Of a stretch of 64,000 bases of DNA, positions 55,101 through 64,000 are shown one piece after another; position 1 is the stretch's first letter; the number at the start of each line of letters is the position of its first letter. A program made the position numbers and the translations under genes. The notes below the pieces were generated by a model, which saw only the letters and a list, made by a program, of their open reading frames with translations, was not told where the DNA came from and did no database searches. This DNA comes from Eledone cirrhosa (lineage: Eukaryota): positions 40,114,001 to 40,178,000 of the forward strand of contig OZ024743.1 in NCBI GenBank assembly GCA_964016885.1, given 5' to 3'.

Positions 55101-56280
55101 GGATAGCTTCTATTCCTAGGTTGTGGGGGATGTTGGAGTGTAGGTTGACTACATCGAACGTCACAAGTAGGGTTTGTTCAGAAAGTGGCATATTAGGGAG
55201 GTGACTGAGCATATCTAGGTCGTCCCTTATATAGCTTTTGATGTGTTTGAGAAAAGGCTTGAGAAGAGTATCAATGAAGTTGCTAAGGCGGTGGGTTTCG
55301 CAAGCGGGGTCTGCTATTATAGGTCTTAATTTGAGATCATTGATGACTATGTCTGTGGCTTCCTTGCATGCCTTACTTATTAATTCGCTTTTATGTACTT
55401 TAGGGATACCGTAGAAAAGTTTGGATTTACTTGTGAAGTCTGTGATGAAGCTGAATTCCTTGTTAGTGAGTCCTTCTTTGTATTGGTTGATCAGAGTTTT
55501 TAGGTTTCTCATAATTTTCTGTTGATTGTAGTGTTCAGCCTTTTCGTAGTATGTTTCGTTTTCCAAAGTGGAGAGCGCTAAGTTGATATAGAATTCTGTC
55601 TCCATTAGGACTTCTGTACTCCCTTTATCAGCCTCTTTAATCGTAATGGTTCTGTCGGTTTTTAATCTATTTAATTCTTCCCATTCTTTCTTGTTGAGGT
55701 TTGGCTTGTGTTTTTGTCTGTGCAAGTGTTGGTAAGGGAAGTTTGTGATGCGTTCACAGAATTCGTCCATGATTTTATTTCTACCTTTTGATGGGGTGTA
55801 ATTGCTTCTATTTCTGGCTAACGATTCATCCTCATTGTAATTGTCGAATAGTTCTTCACTGAGTCGTAACTTTCTACAGAAGTCTGTGATGTCTTCCTTC
55901 ATTTCATAGTAATTAGGACGTAGTAGGGTCGGTGTGAATTTAAGACCTTTGGAGAGTAAGTTGATAAGGTTGGGTGTTGGATCTGCACTAGTAAGATTGA
56001 TAATTTTTATTACTATCGGTTTCTCCTCCCTGTCTTGTATTATTTTGTTTGCCTGTATCTGTGTGCTGTGTCTGAAAAATGGTTGGGGTAGAGGGGTTGT
56101 CTGCTGATGTTAAGTGGTCTCCTGTGTTTGTTATATTCCTTGTTGTTGTAAAATGTGGTTCCGGTTGGTGGTTGTAGATTGAATGGGGTGTTCCTGTACT
56201 GCGAGTATGGGTGTGTGTTATAGGTGGCCTACGTTGTTGGTTGTATCGTGTGGTGTGGGTTTGTTGTGCATTGTGGAAGC
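52177..56280 (-). mobile_element. Penelope-like element family C (Neptune-like), left arm, decayed ORF ~56080-53768
   Basis: IINLTS...LLSKGLKFTPT, IKEADKGS, FYGIPKVHKS, LRPII, FDVVNLHSNIPH, YWQKSGTAMGT, RYLDD, LPFLD; Cys linker then FTCASENLIYVLTCSGCREQYIGQT (GIY-YIG). Confidence 0.92.
53110..53550. repeat. Minisatellite in PLE 3' UTR (TGTGCACA / ATGTATCTGGAGTGTGTCCAGA modules); mirrored at 58560-58840
   Basis: Direct reading; module number differs between the two arms. Confidence 0.9.
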
Positions 56281-56304
56281 GAGAGTTGAGAAAATGGAAA
56301 TTAC

Positions 56305-59221
56305 CTTAACATCAGCAGACAACCCCTCTACCCCAACCATTTTCTAGACACAGCACACAGATACAGGCAAACAAAATAACACAAGACAGGGAGGAGAAAC
56401 CGATAGTAATAAAAATTATCAATCTTACTAGTGCAGATCCAACACCCAACCTTATCAACTTACTCTCCAAATGTCTTAAATTCACACCGACCCTACTTCA
56501 TCCTAATTACTATGAAATGAAGGAAGACATCACTGACGTCTGTAGAAAGTTACGACTCAGTGAAGAACTATTCGACAAGAACAATGAGGATGAATCATTA
56601 GCCAGAAATAGAAGCAATTACACCCCATCAAAAGGTAGAAATAAAATCCTGGACGAATTCTGTGAACACATCACAAACTTCCCTTACCAACACTTGCACA
56701 GACAAAAACACAAGCCAAACCTCAACAAGAAAGAATGGGAAGAATTAAATAGATTAAAAACCGACAGAACCATTACGATTAAAGAGGCTGATAAAGGAAG
56801 TACAGTAGTCCTAATTGAAACAGAATTCTATATCAACTTAGCGCGCTCCACTTTGGAAAACGAAACATACTACGAAAAGGCTGAACACTACAATCAACAG
56901 AAAATTATGAGAAACCTAAAAACTCTGATCAACCAATACAAAGAAGGACTCACTAACAAGGAATTCAGCTTCATCACAGACTTCACAAGTTAATCCAGCC
57001 TTTTCTACGGTATCCCTAATGTACATAAAAGCGAATTAATAAGTAAGGCATGCAAGGAAGCCACAGACATAGCCATCAATGTTCCCTCACCCAATGATCT
57101 CAAATTAAGACCTATAATAGGAGGCCCCGCTTGCGAAACCCACCGCCTCAGCAACTTCATTGATACCCTTCTCAAGCCTTTTCTCAAACACATCAAAAGC
57201 TATATAAAGGACGACCTAGATATGTTCAATCCCCTCCCTAATATGCCACTTTCTGAACAAACCCTACTAGTGACGTTCGATGTAGTCAACCTATACTCCA
57301 ACATCCCCCACAACCTAGGAATAGAAGCTATCCAATTCTGGCTGGATAAGTACCACAATGAACTCCCACAACGCATCAAAAAAGAATTCGTGATAGATTG
57401 ACTCAAATTTATCTTGGAGAACAATTAATTCGTTTTCAATAACAAACCCTACTGGCAGAAATCTGGGACCGCTATGGAAACGAAAACAGCCCCCACTTAT
57501 GCCAACCTAGTCATGGGATACCTAGAAATCACCCTCTACACTAAAGTCCTAAACAAATTTCGAAACACTCTCCAAGTGAAAGCTACTTACGGCTACAAGA
57601 ACTAAAGGACACACTCATAGGCAGGGACTACCCTGCATCACTAATTGACAATGGAATCCAACGTGCCCTAAAACTCAGTACCCAGGACCTTCGACACCCT
57701 AAAGTAAATCAACCGAAAATAAAAGCTCTTCCATACATCTCCACACACAACCCCCTCAACAATGAGGCCTTTGACACCATCCTCCAGAACATCCCTGTGT
57801 TGAAAAAGGACCATACAATGAACCAAATCCTACGAACACACGATATCATAAAGAGCAAAAGACAATCTAAGTCAATGAAAAACATCCTAACACATGCCAA
57901 AGTACTGCCCACCACAACAACGAAACCCACAGTAAAAAAAATGCGATAGACCCAACTGTGGCATTTGTATCAACCTAATAGAGGGTTCGGAATTCTATTT
58001 CAAAGAAGGACAACGTTTTATAGTAAAACACAATTTCACATGTGCATCGGAAAATCTAATATATGTATTAACTTGCTTAGGTTGTCGAGAACAATACATA
58101 GGCCAGACCAAAAACAGCCTCCACCAACGCATGACTGTGCATAGATCCCAAATTAAAATACGGGAATACAGGAAAATACCACTGAGTGAACACATTGATA
58201 CCTGTGCCGCCCCAAATCATCCCAACTTCAGAATCTTTCCCCTCTACAAATTTAAAGATAATGCCACCAACACCCAGCGCATCAGCAAGGAATCTTACTT
58301 TATTAACAAATACGGATCCCGTCTAAACACTTCTCCCTAAGACGAACCCACAACATACACACGTCAACATACATACCTACATCAGCACACATCTCTAACC
58401 ACATATGAACACAATGACATACGTAAACACACATGTTCTATGGTGCAACACAAATATACACAAATTTGCATACCTTTTGATGCCTATAGATATAAAAGTG
58501 CCGACACACACATATACATAAACGCACACATGCATTGCACACTGATGTGCACATACGTTTTTGTGCACAGGTATTCCAATACGGCAAAGCCTAATGAATT
58601 CCCCTTGCAGTACGTGCAATCTGGACACACTCCAGATACATATTTGTACACAGGTATGAAATTTCTGGACACACTCCAGATACATGTGTACAATTTGTGC
58701 ACAGGTATACAATTTGTGCACAGGTATACAATTTGTGCACAGGTATACAATTTCTGGACACACTCCAGATACATATTTGTGCACGGGTATTCCAATACGG
58801 CAAGGCCTAATGGATCCCCCTTTCAGTACGTACAATCTCGACACACACACACACACTCACACACACCTTGGTATTATGCCAATACTATATATCATTTCAC
58901 ACCTTTTATTATTAAGGTTTTTGATGTTCTATTGAGAGAATCGATTTTACTGAAAATATCGAATAATGTACACCATTTTACCAGGAAAAAAATACTGCCC
59001 CCCCCCCCCCCCCCACACACACACACATTATCACACACACATACACATATATACACACATACACACGCGTACATTAACATACAAAGAGACATACACACCC
59101 ACACACACACACACTTCTCCGTATAAGACAAGAGCCAAAAAATATCTGTTAACATGTTAAAATATCCCACACACTTACAGACACATTCCTACTGACGATC
59201 CCTCTACCACGAAATACTCTG

Positions 59222-59258
<37 letters not shown>

Positions 59259-59800
59259 TCTTAATGGGCATTTGAACTGTCAACAGGCTGCGGTTAGCAC
59301 ACACATCCCTGCTGACCATTATCACAAAAACGAACACTTTACTACTACTACACACACACGCACACACAGATATTTGTGGTGAAAGAGTTATTTCTCAGTC
59401 AGCCGACACAAACCTACATTTGGCGCAAAATCAATTTTTTACATTCACATGACCTCTACCGACCAATCAAAATTGTTTTGACCACAAGAATGTTTGCAAC
59501 ACGAATTGGCGCAAAACTTATTTTAATACCGCTGGAGCCACTTTTTTAACATAAAAACAGGTAGAATTCCCAAAACTAATCAGATCAGAGCAAACATCAC
59601 GGACGCTCTATCTCAAAATTATTTTTGAAAAGCATTAGAAATGCGCAACCGGTAAAAGTTACAACCAAAACTGAATACTAACCAATACAATTACTAATTC
59701 TCACTTATTCCTAATTAAACTATATATCAATGTGAACAATTTGTCAGCATTTTCTATTCCGTTTACCAATATATAATAACTTGTGTGTTACACTCTCTAT

Positions 59801-59805
<5 letters not shown>
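56305..59805 (+). mobile_element. Penelope-like element family C, right arm, decayed ORF ~56340-58340 with ~350-bp RT deletion
   Basis: Reverse complement of 52177-56114; ORFs 56517-56993 and 58131-58340 match the left-arm ORFs; lacks the RYLDD region (junction ~57575). Confidence 0.92.
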
Positions 59806-59876
<71 letters not shown>

Positions 59877-60419
59877 GATGAATATACATTTTGATTACCT
59901 GTACAAGGAAATATATTTTTGATATTATTAAGTATCTCGAAGGGGTGTGGTTTGGTTGAGTTATTAGAACATTGGATATATTTGTTCTGCCTCTTTACAT
60001 TCTGAGTTCAAATCCCCTCACGGCCACTTTCCTTTCCAAATTTGCTGGCTGGTACCTGAATAAGGAATGGATATGGATGCATATAACCCATAGCGACATC
60101 CAATATGAAACTATTTAAATTATGCTACAATCTGCTTCTTGTTTAAATACTAGTGGTGTGTGATAAACAACTTTAAAATTCAACTACAGAAACAAATGAT
60201 AATGACCTTTTTAAGACAATAAAAAAAGTATACGATTAAAAATAAAACGACATGTGACAAATATTTACTAATACATAAGATATTACAGAGTATTCGGGTA
60301 ATTTGGTTATCGTTATATATCATTATATATATTTTTTTTATTTCTACATCTCTCTCCCTCTCTCTCTTCCTCCATCTCCCCCTCTATATCCCCCTCTCCC
60401 TCCATCCCCTATCTCTCTG

Positions 60420-60470
<51 letters not shown>

Positions 60471-60821
60471 TGATGTTTGTGTGTGTGTATATATGTATAG
60501 GTGTCGATGTGGGTGTATGCAATGTGTTGAAAGATTTAAAATTGAGAAAAACGTCGGAAAATTATTTAAAGAAGCGTATTTAATATTATATTTCTATACA
60601 TTGAGACTTCCTACACTAAAACACGAAAGAATTTTCAATGCTTTGCAATAAAACAAAATGTCGTTAATAAGATGGAAGACGAACATTTTTCAATAGATTA
60701 AGATTTGAATGGACGAAGAAGAAATGAAATGAATAAATAACTAAAACAGTCGTTGCAATCAATCTAAGTTAAAAGGAATAACAATAATAACATTGATAAT
60801 AATGATAGAACTAGTGACAAT

Positions 60822-60955
<134 letters not shown>

Positions 60956-61311
60956 TGAATAATATTGATAATAATAAACATGCAAATAAATAAACATTAA
61001 AATGAGAATAAGATAAACTAATTTCAAACTTGAATTCAAATATGAATGTTGTTTGTTTTGAATTGCTGAATGAATATTTACTTTTGCAAGTGGCGAGCAA
61101 AATTTATCAGTTTTCATTTAATGAAACACGAGAGCATATTATTGACAAGGAAGTAGTCATAGTGAATTGTATATAGCAGTTACTTTAAGATCCTATTTTC
61201 CACTTAACAGATATTGCTGATATTATAGAATGCAAGAGAGAGAGAGCGAATGAACATAAAGTATTTCGTTAATGTCTTCTATATCAACAGGTTGTATGAT
61301 ATATGCCGACG

Positions 61312-61436
<125 letters not shown>

Positions 61437-61574
61437 ATATATATATAAATTAGAAAGTGAGGTTTTTTTTTACAAAATGAAAAATAACCTAGGTGTTCTA
61501 CACGAGTGAAAGTATAAAGAAAAAGAGATGAAATCCAAAATGCAACTGGAGTCCTATTTTAAAAATATATATAT

Positions 61575-62742
61575 ATATTTGTTTGGTTCCTTTACCGGTT
61601 TCGCAGTTCTTCTGCTTTTCAAAATGTGAGTTGAGATGGAGGGTCTGTGGTTTTCTCACATCTGGTTGGTCTCTGAATGTTACTTGTTTTATATGGAAAA
61701 AGTGGCTCGAAATGCCAGGTTTTTCGAGAAGTAATTTGATTGGTTTGTCAATAATTATAATAAATTTAGCGCCAGTTCGCGTTACAATAGTTCTTCAAAT
61801 AAGAGGGGGGGGGGTGTCACAGGTTGTTTTTTCATATATGAGTGTTTGAATTTCTTTTTATTTGAAAAAAGGGGCTCACGAAGGCTTTTTGGTTGGTTAT
61901 AAATGAAATTATGGCTGTCACGTGAACAAGTTTGCATTAAATTTTAGTGCCCTTATTTGCAAATCCATTCTGTAGCCTTTTTAGAGAATTTTATGATAAG
62001 TGAAAGATAATGGTCAAGAGAAAGGGATGGGAGAATTGTTCTGGTTCAGTGAATATGGATAGTTCGCTGGGGTGTCAGAATTCAGATTTTCTATTGAATA
62101 AAGAAAGTAAAGATATGTATGTTTATTTGTGTGCTTGTGTGTGTGTGTTGTGTGTGTGTGTGTCTGAATTTCTTTACTTAAAAAAAGGTGGCTCACGAAG
62201 GTTTTTTTTAATAAACGTGATTTGATTGGTTATAAATGAAAATTGGCTGTCACGTGAACAAGTTTTCATTACATTTTTGCGCCCTTATTTGGAAATCTAT
62301 TCTGTAGCCTTTATAGAGAATGTTATGACAAGGGAAAGATAGTGGTCAAGAGAAATGGGATTGAGAGAATTGTTCTGGTTCAGTGAATATGGTTAGTTCG
62401 CTGGGGTGTCAGAGTTCAGATTTTCTATTGAAGTAAAGATATGTATGTTTATTTGTGTGCTTGTGTGTGTGTGTATATATTGGAAGATGATTATATTAGT
62501 AGAAATGGGGGAGGGAGTTGTGTGTGTGTGTATATGGGTGGTATGTGTGTGTGTGCGAGTATGTTAAGATGGAGAGAATATATATTTTGTGTGTGTGTAT
62601 ATATGTGTGTAGGAAAGTGGTTCTATTAGTAGAAATGGGGAGGGAGTTGTGGTGTGGGGGTTGTTATGTGTGTGTATGGATGTTATGTGTGTGGTAGTAT
62701 GGTTAGCATGTTAAGATGAAAAGAATACATATATATATATAT

Positions 62743-62833
<91 letters not shown>

Positions 62834-64000
62834 GAAAATGATTCCTTTAGTAGGAATATTTTTGAATGAACATATTTTCCTTACTTATTCGTATTTGTCC
62901 TGTTGTATTGTCAGTGCAAACGTATGTTAAGGTTTATTTAGTTCGGGTTTTTATTTTCTAAAGTAAAAGGTGTTACGCGTGTGTGTATATGTCATATTAT
63001 GGTGTTGACATAATGTATATTAAACCATATTTAATGCTGGTCTATATTTTTGAATAAACATATTTTCCTTATTTATTCGTATTTGTTCTGTTGTATTGTT
63101 AGCGCAAAGGTAAAATGGGAAGACTTGGAATTTGGGTGTCTTATTACTTGCGCAAATGTCTAGATATGCACTTAGTGGTATCTGTCTCGTGGTTGGATCT
63201 CGTAATTGTTGGCGATGAACTGTCGTTCTGTTTCTGAGTGTGAGTTTAGTTTGTCCTATATAATCTTCTTTGCATCCTTTACATTTAATGGCATAAATTA
63301 GATTTGTTGATGAGCAAGTGAAGTGATTTTTTACAGTAAAATGTTGTCCTTATTTAAATGTATACGTGTTGCCTTCACTGAGGTGAGTGCAGGTTCCACA
63401 ATTAGAGCGACCACATGTTTTGATACTCGGTTGTGGGTTTGTGGTAGGTAATTTGGCATTGGTGAGTAATGTTTTCAGTGATTTTGGTTGTCTTTTGCTT
63501 TTGATTATTTTGTGTGTTTCAAGGGCTTTTTTCATCTTGGGTTTTGTTTTAGTAGTGGGAGGTTCTTGTAAATAGTGTTGTAAGCCTCCGCATTTCTTGG
63601 GTTGTGTGTTGAGATATATGATAGAATATTGGACGTACCTTGAATTTGTTTCTGTTTCCGTAATTCATCAATGCCTATTGCTTTAGCCCTTTAACCATAT
63701 TCACTTAACCAGAACAATTCTCCCAATCCCATTTCTCTTGACCACTATCTTTACCTTGTCATAACATTCTCTATAAAGGCTACAGAATAGAATTCCAAAT
63801 AAGGGCGCAAAAATGTAATGAAAACTTGTTCACGTGACAGACAAATTTCATTTATAACCAATCAAATTACGTTTATTAAAAAAAAGCCTTCGTGAGCCAC
63901 CTTTTTTTTAAGTAAAGAAATTCAAACATACACACACACAACACACACACACAAGCACACAAATAAACATACATATCTTTACTTTCTTTATTCAATAGAA
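61575..64000 (-). mobile_element. Neptune-like PLE 3' fragment (GIY-YIG ~63100-63690) with tandemly duplicated 3' UTR and an inverted UTR copy at 63691-64000
   Basis: IIKSKRQPKSLKTLLT...CGRSNCGTC...HFTCSSTNLIYAIKCKGCKEDYIGQT...TVHRQQ; ~320-bp direct repeats at ~61860-62170 and ~62180-62470; 63691-64000 is the reverse complement of ~62089-62395. Confidence 0.85.

Overview
Eukaryotic, AT-rich, microsatellite-dense DNA made up almost entirely of decayed transposable elements. I found no supportable host gene. The tRNA-derived SINE motifs resemble those I associate with octopus/cephalopod genomes (inference, not tested). Main contents: (i) at least three distinct families of Penelope-like elements (PLE: RT + C-terminal GIY-YIG), several with pseudo-LTRs carrying minimal hammerhead-ribozyme motifs, often in inverted arrangements and abutting (TA)n tracts, including a ~7.6 kb head-to-head PLE palindrome at 52.2-59.8 kb; (ii) a near full-length Tx1/L1-type LINE (minus, 3.45-14.16 kb) interrupted by a complete CsRn1-type Gypsy LTR element (263-bp LTRs, 4-bp TSD AACC, tRNA-Trp-like PBS, CHCC Gag, GGGAAAC slippery site); (iii) a truncated Gypsy integrase+LTR piece inside a PLE endonuclease; (iv) relics of R4/Dong, RTE and a second Tx1 LINE; (v) two Helitron-like 3' termini facing each other; (vi) a ~440-bp satellite, SINEs, a MITE-like hairpin and many simple repeats. 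The most striking cross-cutting signals are the many hammerhead-like motifs and the repeated palindromes tied to (TA)n tracts and PLE ends. All alignments and counts were made by eye.
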